This document shows positions 46,421 through 54,559 of a stretch of DNA of 64,000 bases, in pieces. Positions within the stretch are counted from its first letter, which is position 1. The number at the start of each line of letters is the position of its first letter. The notes beneath the pieces were generated by a model. It ran no database searches. It was not told the DNA's origin and saw only the letters and a program-made list of their open reading frames with translations. The position numbers and the translations under genes were made by a program. The stretch comes from a virus, in the IMG/VR virus record IMGVR_UViG_3300021959_010405, positions 32,001 through 96,000 of that record. The stretch is one strand, 5' to 3'.

Positions 46421-47206
46421 ATGTATTCAGATGATATAGACGAGGATATCAATAGCTATCTAGATCTTTATAATACTCCGCCATCCAATCCCCCCGGGGG
46501 GAGCATTGGTGAATATCGGGCTCTTATTGAATATAAAATTAAGCAGCTATTAAAGCAAAAACTTGATAGAATACAAGACTCTAGTGAGGATTTCCAGAAA
46601 TATCAAAACTTAAAGCACGAGTTAAAAAAAGGTCGTGAGGTGGAAATGGAACACACAAAAAGTAAATTAGAGGCTGAAAAAATTGCACTCGATCATTTAA
46701 AAGAAGACCCGAATTACTATACAAAACTCGAGAAAATACACGAGGAACAAGCAGTTTTTCAGAATTCCTTTAACTTTAATAGTATATATAATCTAGCAAG
46801 TTTACTAGAGAGAGAAGAGCTCGGATTGATTGAGCCGATAAAAATTGAAGGAATTGACGCAAAAATGTCTGCCCTTATTGATTCAGGAAATGGGGCATAT
46901 AACGTACTTCATGGTATAGATATTGAGGATAATGGTAATGAAGTAAGATTTACTACAGTAGATGGTGTAAAGGTAGTAAAAGATAAAGTAGACGAAATAA
47001 CCATTCACGTAGGTGCAGGCTATGATGAGCATAGACCAGTAGTGGAGTTCACTATTGAAATCGGTAATAAGGTATATCCCGATGTAAGATTTAGTATCGG
47101 TGATAGAACAGAAAATCAGCACCCAGTATTAGTAGGTGCTGATTTCTTGAGTCAAATCGATGCTTTGATCGATGTAAATAAAACTAAGTCTAATAAGCTC
47201 ACCTAA
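46421..47206 (+). CDS. DUF5661-like domain fused to retropepsin-like (RimK-associated type) protease
   Basis: ELKKGREVEMEH...IALDHLKEDPNYYTKL, then ALIDSGNG and IGDRTENQHPVLVG. Confidence 0.72.
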   Translation: MYSDDIDEDINSYLDLYNTPPSNPPGGSIGEYRALIEYKIKQLLKQKLDRIQDSSEDFQKYQNLKHELKKGREVEMEHTKSKLEAEKIALDHLKEDPNYYTKLEKIHEEQAVFQNSFNFNSIYNLASLLEREELGLIEPIKIEGIDAKMSALIDSGNGAYNVLHGIDIEDNGNEVRFTTVDGVKVVKDKVDEITIHVGAGYDEHRPVVEFTIEIGNKVYPDVRFSIGDRTENQHPVLVGADFLSQIDALIDVNKTKSNKLT

Positions 47207-47837
47207 GATCTTTCTTAGCGAATTCAACAAATTTATAAAACTCTGATCGACTTGAGTCTGCATTATCTAAAAATGCACCAGTCATTCTCGCTGTTCGCAT
47301 TGTTGAATCGTGTTTAATACCTCTATTAGAGCAGCATGTATGATTTGCTTCAATCACAACCGCAACTCCTTTATTGCCTTCGCATATTGTATCGATATAT
47401 GAGCTAATTTGCGAAGTTAAATTTTCCTGCACTTGAGGTCTTCTAGAGAACCAATCTACAACGCGATTAAGTTTACTAAGACCGATAACCTTACCGTCTC
47501 TACTCGGAATGTACGCGACATGTGCTACTCCTGTAAATAATGCATGGTGATGGCTACACATACTATTTACTTTAATATTGTTCTGGCATACAATTCCATC
47601 ATACTTATCAACATTATCGAACGCAGTAATACTAGGTGAATCCGAATAACATCCGCTAGCGAAATCATTTACAAAAGCCTTTGCAACCCTCATAGGGGTA
47701 TCAGCTGAATTAGGATCATTTCTCCAGTCAAATCCCAGCGCATCCATATATGCTTCATATGCCTTAGATGCATTCATAATAATTTCTTGTTTCTCTTCTT
47801 CTGTTCGAGGTTTATTGTGATTTGCGTATTTTAACAT
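47199..47837 (-). CDS. folE: GTP cyclohydrolase I FolE
   Basis: DTPMRVAK, SMCSHH, IGLSKLNR, RRPQVQE, HTCCSNRG. Confidence 0.95.
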   Translation of the reverse strand: MLKYANHNKPRTEEEKQEIIMNASKAYEAYMDALGFDWRNDPNSADTPMRVAKAFVNDFASGCYSDSPSITAFDNVDKYDGIVCQNNIKVNSMCSHHHALFTGVAHVAYIPSRDGKVIGLSKLNRVVDWFSRRPQVQENLTSQISSYIDTICEGNKGVAVVIEANHTCCSNRGIKHDSTMRTARMTGAFLDNADSSRSEFYKFVEFAKKDLR

Positions 47838-47843
47838 ATAATA

Positions 47844-47871
47844 AATATAGTATATTTTTTACGAAAGTCAA
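47844..47871 (-). promoter_or_regulatory. sigma70-like promoter TTGACT-N16-TATATT
   Basis: -10 ends 6 nt before the folE ATG; back-to-back with plus-strand TAAATA at 47872..47877. Confidence 0.65.
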
Positions 47872-47882
47872 TAAATAAAGAT

Positions 47883-48815
47883 GTGAAAAAGTTTAATCAA
47901 ATATTAAGTTTATACGTCGAGGATAATATAGATCTAGTAAAGGTCAGGCTTAAAGTTGATCCGAAGGATAAAAATATTGTTGATTATAAAGACTTTGACG
48001 GATACGAAGGGTATATTTTAAAGGAGGGTGCTTATTATAATGTATTTTTCTTACAAGAAAATCTACCAGTTTTACAAGTTCCCTTTTCTATTATAAGTGT
48101 GACGGATATAGAAGATACAAACAAGTTTGATACCGTTAAGATGGCCGCTCTTAAACTACTCGATAAAAAAGGGTGTTTAACTGATAGTAAAATTAGAAAG
48201 ATAGGGATGTGTAATGAGGTTGAATTCTTTGAACAATACTTAAGAGAAGAAGGCGTTACAGATTCAGAGATAAAAGATTTATATAAAAATAATTTATTCG
48301 AAAATGTATTGACGGAGAAGGTAAACTGGGGTAAGTTGGCTGGTTTAGCAGCTGCAGGAGTGTTCGCTCCTGGTTATGCTGCGGATGTATTAGCTGGGAA
48401 AGCTAAAGAAAAGCTCGGAAATGTATTTGATCCAAGACAAGATATATTCAGCGATGATAAACATAAAGGTTCAAGCACTAATACCGCCTCCTCTACAAGC
48501 GACAGTACCGCATCGATGCAATTTTTACCAGCCAGGTATAAAAGTCTGCAACCTGATCGAAAGTCATCTGTACTAGTGAATGACCTAGATAAAATAGGCG
48601 ATGAGTTACAGAGTAAGGGAATACAGAATGACCTTGTACTTAAAATCGACAGTAATATTAAGGATAGTATGTTTGGATCATCAGTTAAAATGGTCAAAAT
48701 AGAGGACTTAATAAATGTTTTAGACAGTCACGAACTAGTAGAAGAAATACTAAAGCCATATCAACGCGGTAATACTGGTCAAGTTAAACAATTTTTATTA
48801 CAAAAGTTTCCTTAA
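47883..48815 (+). CDS. hypothetical protein, candidate head-internal protein
   Basis: GTG start 5 nt after TAAATA; leader ending LYVE; internal hydrophobic LAGLAAAGVFAPG. Confidence 0.7.
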   Translation: MKKFNQILSLYVEDNIDLVKVRLKVDPKDKNIVDYKDFDGYEGYILKEGAYYNVFFLQENLPVLQVPFSIISVTDIEDTNKFDTVKMAALKLLDKKGCLTDSKIRKIGMCNEVEFFEQYLREEGVTDSEIKDLYKNNLFENVLTEKVNWGKLAGLAAAGVFAPGYAADVLAGKAKEKLGNVFDPRQDIFSDDKHKGSSTNTASSTSDSTASMQFLPARYKSLQPDRKSSVLVNDLDKIGDELQSKGIQNDLVLKIDSNIKDSMFGSSVKMVKIEDLINVLDSHELVEEILKPYQRGNTGQVKQFLLQKFP

Positions 48816-48819
48816 TTAA

Positions 48820-48847
48820 TTGATTTATTTAAAATATATATTATACT
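48820..48847 (+). promoter_or_regulatory. sigma70-like promoter TTGATT-N16-TATACT
   Basis: -10 ends 6 nt before the queD ATG. Confidence 0.65.
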
Positions 48848-48853
48848 CATTAT

Positions 48854-49483
48854 ATGAGTATGTATCAATCAACTAAAGTAATCGAATTAGGGTCTTGCGC
48901 ATTTAGGCAATGGAAAGCAGAACACTCTCACTGCAAGTATATTCACGGGTATCAACTTAAAGCTAAAATCTGGTTTGGTGGTAAGGAACTAGATGATAAA
49001 AACTGGATGGTAGATTTTGGAGGTCTAAAAGAGCTCAAAAAGAAACTACAAGATCAGTTCGATCATACTACTGTAGTTGCAGCAGACGATCCTAAACTTG
49101 ATGTATTCAAAGAGTTAGATAAACAAGGCATTATACAGCTAAGAGTAATGCCTGATGGTGTAGGTATAGAGAGAACTGCCGAATATGTCTGGAAGACTGC
49201 TAATGATCACGTTAAAGAGCTTACTGATGGTCGTTGTTGGTGTGTTAAAGTTGAGGTATTCGAGCATGAAGAGAACTCAGCAACTTATTCAGGAACATCG
49301 GAGAAAGCTAAAGAGGTAATTGATAGTCAGGATGCTGATATTATATCTAAATTAGGTTCTGTATCTGAGGAGGTAAAAGCAACATTTTCAGATAACCTAG
49401 AAACTAAAAATGTACAAGGGGGAAGGCCTGCACCGGTAGGAAACGCCGGTAACAAATCTTTAAAGGAAATATTTGAAACATAA
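48854..49483 (+). CDS. queD: 6-carboxy-5,6,7,8-tetrahydropterin synthase QueD (C-terminal extension)
   Basis: HCKYIHGY, MVDFGGLK, FDHT, ERTAEY. Confidence 0.9.
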   Translation: MSMYQSTKVIELGSCAFRQWKAEHSHCKYIHGYQLKAKIWFGGKELDDKNWMVDFGGLKELKKKLQDQFDHTTVVAADDPKLDVFKELDKQGIIQLRVMPDGVGIERTAEYVWKTANDHVKELTDGRCWCVKVEVFEHEENSATYSGTSEKAKEVIDSQDADIISKLGSVSEEVKATFSDNLETKNVQGGRPAPVGNAGNKSLKEIFET

Positions 49484-50209
49484 TTAACTGTCTAGTTTAT
49501 CACAAATAAATGACAGTAGAGGGTGTCTAACAATTTCTGCACTGGTGAAAGTAAAGGTATGAATTCCCATATCTTTACTTTCTTCGTCATCAAAAATATC
49601 GTAAACTTCCTTATACCCGGATTTACCTCCAATATCGCTTTGTTTACAATCTCCTAAAAGGATATACTTAGAGCCTAATCCAAATCTTGTCAGTACCGTT
49701 ATAAGTTCACTTTTAGTCATATTTTGACATTCATCTACAATAACAATACTATTTTTAAATGTTAGACCTCTTACTAAATTAACTGGAACACAATTAATAA
49801 TTCCGGTAGTCATTATGTGTTTAGCATCGCCGGGAGATAATATTTCATTCAATTTATCAAGTAGAGGCATAGACCATGGGTGAAATTTTTCATTTATATC
49901 ACCGGGTAAGTGTCCAAGCTTGCTGCTAGCAGACTCAACAACGCTTCTTATATATACTATTTCTTCTACTAAATTTTTTCTTAGAGAAAGAAGAGCTGCT
50001 AATACTGCAATGTAGGTCTTGGCACTCCCTGCAGGCCCATTTACTATAGATAGATTATTATCTCTATTTAAGACACATTCTAAGAATTCTTTATGAAGAC
50101 CTGTGAGCTCAAACTCATTAATAATGTCGTAGTTAGTGTTCCAACGTCGTTCCATGCTAGTTGTTACTTCGCTTGAAAGACCCGATACAGGGCGTTGTTT
50201 CTTTGCCAT
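49484..50209 (-). CDS. phoH: PhoH-family ATPase
   Basis: GPAGSAKT, LGHLPG..EK, RGLTF, VDECQN, LTRFG, GDCKQSD, IVRHPL. Confidence 0.92.
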   Translation of the reverse strand: MAKKQRPVSGLSSEVTTSMERRWNTNYDIINEFELTGLHKEFLECVLNRDNNLSIVNGPAGSAKTYIAVLAALLSLRKNLVEEIVYIRSVVESASSKLGHLPGDINEKFHPWSMPLLDKLNEILSPGDAKHIMTTGIINCVPVNLVRGLTFKNSIVIVDECQNMTKSELITVLTRFGLGSKYILLGDCKQSDIGGKSGYKEVYDIFDDEESKDMGIHTFTFTSAEIVRHPLLSFICDKLDS

Positions 50210-50325
50210 ACACTATTATTTATTCAAAAATATGTGGGAAAAAAATTTAAAAAAACGTTGTAATTTTGTGCATAAAATGACTATAGTGTTGACTTGAACT
50301 AATAGCACCATAAATATACATCATT

Positions 50326-51033
50326 ATGAGGATAGCAGTATCTGGAACAGCAAATACAGGAAAAACGACATTTATAAAAGATTTCTTAAAGAAATGGGAT
50401 AATTATTCTACCCCCGAAAAAACCTATCGCGACGTTTTGAAGGAAAAAAAATTAAATCATAGCGATAAGACCAATAAAGAGACACAGAAGTGTATTTTAG
50501 ATTTTTTAGTTAATCAGCAAAAGGAATACACTAAAGACGACAACATTATATATGATAGATGCCCATGGGATAACTTAGTTTATTCTATGTGGGCGCTGGA
50601 GCAAGAAGATAGCGATATTGACGAGAAATTTATTGATGAATGTATCCCTATCGTTAGAGATTCTATGAAGGATTTAGATATTATATTTTTTACCCCTTTA
50701 ACAAAAGCGTCTCCTATAAAGATTGAAGACGATGGAGTTCGTCAAGCTGATGAAAGGTATATACAGAATATAGATAGTGTATTTAAGGAATTCTATCGCC
50801 GTTATATGCATCAAAGTTTCGAGCCCTTTTTTCCACAAGGTGATGTACCAGCAATCATTGAGCTTTTCGGTGCTCCTCAGGAAAGAATATATATGGCAAG
50901 TCTTTATGTAGACGTCGACGGTGATGCTATCGAGGGTGATATGGAATCTCTTCTTGGAGAAGAAAGTCTTAAGAGTCTACTCGGTGAGCAAAAAGAAGAA
51001 TTGTTTAAATCTACAGGAATTATTACGCAGTAA
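50326..51033 (+). CDS. P-loop nucleotide-kinase-like protein (AAA_28/dNMP kinase type)
   Basis: SGTANTGKT, YDRCPWD.LVY, DGVR. Confidence 0.75.
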   Translation: MRIAVSGTANTGKTTFIKDFLKKWDNYSTPEKTYRDVLKEKKLNHSDKTNKETQKCILDFLVNQQKEYTKDDNIIYDRCPWDNLVYSMWALEQEDSDIDEKFIDECIPIVRDSMKDLDIIFFTPLTKASPIKIEDDGVRQADERYIQNIDSVFKEFYRRYMHQSFEPFFPQGDVPAIIELFGAPQERIYMASLYVDVDGDAIEGDMESLLGEESLKSLLGEQKEELFKSTGIITQ

Positions 51034-51883
51034 GATCTGTACCTAAAATACCAAAAATATCATCTTGGGATATTAGTTCCAGCATTATCTGTATCGGGTA
51101 TGTAATACCATTGTAGTGCATAAATGTAGATGGCTCTGGTCGTGGTTGTTGAGGTGTTGCAAGAGACCCATCACCTATACAAATATTGCCATCTGTGCTC
51201 ACTCTAAGACCTACTCTAGCAGTTTTACAGATATTAAAATAACCATCTATTGTAGATGTAATACTTGTTTTACCTGTTAATGATTCTGCTGGTATATGTT
51301 TTATATCACTGACAATCATAGATCTTTGAGGGCTATCTAATTGCGCTATGTCTGTAGATATTGCACAACCATAAGGATCTCCTAGGTATATACCATTATT
51401 TTCAAAATATTTTCCTGGATTTCTTACAGAAAAGCAAGCAGCAGCATGCACTCTATATGTACCTGGCGGTAGTAAGATACCTTCATCGCTAAAAATATTT
51501 AATCTATTATCTGTATAATATTTCTCCAGTGTATTGACCGCAAGGTGATTTACTGGCAATACTTTATTAACCTCATTTATTATTACAAAATCTTGATTTA
51601 AGTCAGGGGAGTTTTTATAGTATACAACAATAGCTTCTTTAAATTTAGACCCAGCTTGTATATTGTCTTGCTGCTCAACAAAATCGCTATACACATTGTT
51701 TATACCTTGCTCTGTTTGATCTACTAATGATCCAAACTGTGTATTGTAGTTTTTAAATTTAATATTATCAATCGCGATTGATTTAAGGCCTGTATCTGTA
51801 TCTATAATAATACTATTATCCCCACTTGGTGTTGTATTAGATGGCAGATTATCCAGATTTACAGATATTGGTTTTTTATTCAT
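51023..51883 (-). CDS. structural protein, paralog 1 of shared N-terminal module
   Basis: LPVNHLAVNT...LLPPGTYRV...PIQIMLELIS. Confidence 0.65.
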   Translation of the reverse strand: MNKKPISVNLDNLPSNTTPSGDNSIIIDTDTGLKSIAIDNIKFKNYNTQFGSLVDQTEQGINNVYSDFVEQQDNIQAGSKFKEAIVVYYKNSPDLNQDFVIINEVNKVLPVNHLAVNTLEKYYTDNRLNIFSDEGILLPPGTYRVHAAACFSVRNPGKYFENNGIYLGDPYGCAISTDIAQLDSPQRSMIVSDIKHIPAESLTGKTSITSTIDGYFNICKTARVGLRVSTDGNICIGDGSLATPQQPRPEPSTFMHYNGITYPIQIMLELISQDDIFGILGTDLTA

Positions 51884-53662
51884 TTATATTATTTCTACAT
51901 TATAGAGGTAAATTCCACTCTCAGCTAATGTGTCTCCAGTTACATGATCTATAGCGCTAATAAAAACAGTTTCAGCACCAGAAATATTATTTACATCAAA
52001 TTCTATCTCAGTCCTCCCATTTGAAAGAGCTACCTCAACATATACAAACCCATCGCTACTAGAATCTATAGTAGATAAAATGCTTGGGCCCCGAATTGCT
52101 GTAATTACCCCAGTATCTATCTCTCCAATCTTTATATAGGCAAGAGCTTCTGTAGCATTTTCGCTTGTAAGTGTTATTGAAGCTGAATCTCCATTGGTTA
52201 TAGAGCTTCGACTTACTGATAATTTATAATCTGGTTTTTTGGCATTAGTATTGTTTGTACCTACATTAATAGTAGATGAGCTATTCCCACCTTCTGGACA
52301 TCCAGTGTCAGCTGGGTCAGTATTGTATATAATATCAGCAATAACACTATTTTTATCTACTCTTACAACTGTATCAAATTTATCACTTACATTACTAGTA
52401 GATGTTGATGGTAGTAATCCCCACCACCCAGCTGCTAATTCATTTAGATTTTGATCTCTTACATCATAACTAGCATTATTACTTTCTACTTCAGTTATTT
52501 CTCCAGTTTTTTTAGGTATTTGAGTTCTATATTTTATAGTATCTCCCTTTTTCACTAATCCTTTATGTGCACTCGGATCTGTAATAAAACCTCTATATTC
52601 ACCAGTAACTTTACCTTGAAATCTACTATAAGGCAAACTATTAATAGTCATTTCTAAGTCAGTTGGTTTTACAATTGTGTTATTGCTAATATACTGAAGC
52701 CATCCTGCATTATAAATTAATGGTGCCTTAGGCGGTATAATAAATCTTTGTGACCTACCTACATCAGCTGATGCCTCAGTAGCATTGAGAGAATCAGTAT
52801 CAGAAATTTTCTCCAATATTATTTGCGCCGGTCTAAATGCGTTTTTATTAAACTTATCTGATATGCTTGTAAATGTAGACAGTTCGTTTGTATATGTAGA
52901 ATTAATAATTCCTGGAAATAACGTTCCCTGAACATTTAAATTTAAACTGAATTCAGTCTTTTGGTTAACATAAAAATATCCATTTAAATTTAGTGTAATG
53001 CTCTTACCTACCCCACCATATGTATAACCTTCACTCCCTATTAATATATCTCTTATAGGTGGTGTCAACTTTTTTAGAGATAAATACGATCTAATGGGCT
53101 CATATGAACATGACCCATCAGCTAGTTTTTGATTTGGTGTTACACTGACACAAGATTTGACTCTATATGTACCTCTTGGTACTGAAAATGTTCCCTCTCC
53201 AATAGTTATAGAAGCTGAATCACACTCTGCTATAGAGTCACTCTCTAGATCTATTGCCGTTTGAAGCTCATTAACTGCTGTATCAGTAAGTAGTACATGG
53301 TTTTCAGGCCCACTATACCCCTCACTAGCTATTATAGCCTCAACAAAATCACTACTATCATCATCTCCTACAGATGACACAGTAGTTGTATTAAATGTAT
53401 GTATTATTTTTTGAGCTATGTTTAATTCTTCTGCAGTTGCAGATAAGAATTGTAAATTTGAGGTACTATAAGATAATAAATCTAAAAACTCTGTATAGTT
53501 GCTCTCAATTTGAGGTAAGAAATTAATTTGATCGGAAGTCACGTAAATATTATCAAAGTCGATTAATTTTATTCCAGCAGCTGGCTCTTGTATAATAATT
53601 TTATCTCCAGAGATAAACTTATCAGCTCTAGGTAGATTTTTAATGTTGTTAGAGATCGCCAT
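51884..53662 (-). CDS. structural protein, paralog 2 with Ig-like C-terminus
   Basis: VPRGTYRV...PAQIILEKIS; C-terminal YKLSVSRSSITNGDSASITL. Confidence 0.65.
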   Translation of the reverse strand: MAISNNIKNLPRADKFISGDKIIIQEPAAGIKLIDFDNIYVTSDQINFLPQIESNYTEFLDLLSYSTSNLQFLSATAEELNIAQKIIHTFNTTTVSSVGDDDSSDFVEAIIASEGYSGPENHVLLTDTAVNELQTAIDLESDSIAECDSASITIGEGTFSVPRGTYRVKSCVSVTPNQKLADGSCSYEPIRSYLSLKKLTPPIRDILIGSEGYTYGGVGKSITLNLNGYFYVNQKTEFSLNLNVQGTLFPGIINSTYTNELSTFTSISDKFNKNAFRPAQIILEKISDTDSLNATEASADVGRSQRFIIPPKAPLIYNAGWLQYISNNTIVKPTDLEMTINSLPYSRFQGKVTGEYRGFITDPSAHKGLVKKGDTIKYRTQIPKKTGEITEVESNNASYDVRDQNLNELAAGWWGLLPSTSTSNVSDKFDTVVRVDKNSVIADIIYNTDPADTGCPEGGNSSSTINVGTNNTNAKKPDYKLSVSRSSITNGDSASITLTSENATEALAYIKIGEIDTGVITAIRGPSILSTIDSSSDGFVYVEVALSNGRTEIEFDVNNISGAETVFISAIDHVTGDTLAESGIYLYNVEII

Positions 53663-53671
53663 TATTTGTGT

Positions 53672-54559
53672 TTATTTTGTGTAACTATTATAATCCCATG
53701 GCTCTTCTACCATATAAGATTTAAAATTTTTACCATATTCAGATATATTATCTATATAATCAGATTGAGGATATTTATCATGAAATTCAATAAGTACGCT
53801 ACCTTCCAATTTAAAAAATGTATCGAAATTTATACCAATACCACCATATATGCCATATGGCACACTATTCTCAGTAACAATACCATACCATCCATCTTTT
53901 AAGGGTAGTAAATCATTAACAAATACATTATTTATATTGTAATAATTACTTACAGTATTGGATGATATATTCTCACCAAACCCACCTGGTTCTGTATAAA
54001 AATTTCTGGTGCTATTATCTATAGATACTGGGGTAAATGCTTGTGCATCTAATTTTTTTGCAAAGACATAACTGCCTAATCTGAGGTTACCTGAATCTTC
54101 ATTTGTATATGCTTGAATATCTCCACTTGACATAGACCAAGAGGTAAATCCATCTGTAGATGGTGTTCTATTAGGGGTATCTATACTATATGTCTGTAAG
54201 AAATCTGGAATAGATCTTGTTTGGCATGTTGAATTCCATGGAGAATATATTTGATATTTTCTACATGTTGCTGCTAATAGGTATAATCTAATTTTTTTGA
54301 AAGCATCACTGTTAGAAATTCTCGATAAACCTTCATACTCATCTACAATATAATCTATAACATCTAGAGGGTTATTAGGAAAACTTAATTTCAGGTCTCT
54401 AATAAAATCAGAAACCCCATCTTGATCATAATTTGTATTAGATTGGAGATTACTCCAATCCCAACCATCAACATAGAATAGGAACCCAGAAAAATTAAAT
54501 TTTTTATTTAAATTTAATAATGGTATTGAACTGTTAGATATGTAATTTTGTTGGCTCAT
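53672..54559 (-). CDS. hypothetical protein, probably structural
   Basis: 295 aa in the same operon; start overlaps the upstream gene stop. Confidence 0.65.
   Translation of the reverse strand: MSQQNYISNSSIPLLNLNKKFNFSGFLFYVDGWDWSNLQSNTNYDQDGVSDFIRDLKLSFPNNPLDVIDYIVDEYEGLSRISNSDAFKKIRLYLLAATCRKYQIYSPWNSTCQTRSIPDFLQTYSIDTPNRTPSTDGFTSWSMSSGDIQAYTNEDSGNLRLGSYVFAKKLDAQAFTPVSIDNSTRNFYTEPGGFGENISSNTVSNYYNINNVFVNDLLPLKDGWYGIVTENSVPYGIYGGIGINFDTFFKLEGSVLIEFHDKYPQSDYIDNISEYGKNFKSYMVEEPWDYNSYTK

Noticed and set aside
47881-47886. ATG-TGA minigene overlapping the GTG start
   Set aside because: Easily arises by chance, and the GTG fits the N5 rule on its own.
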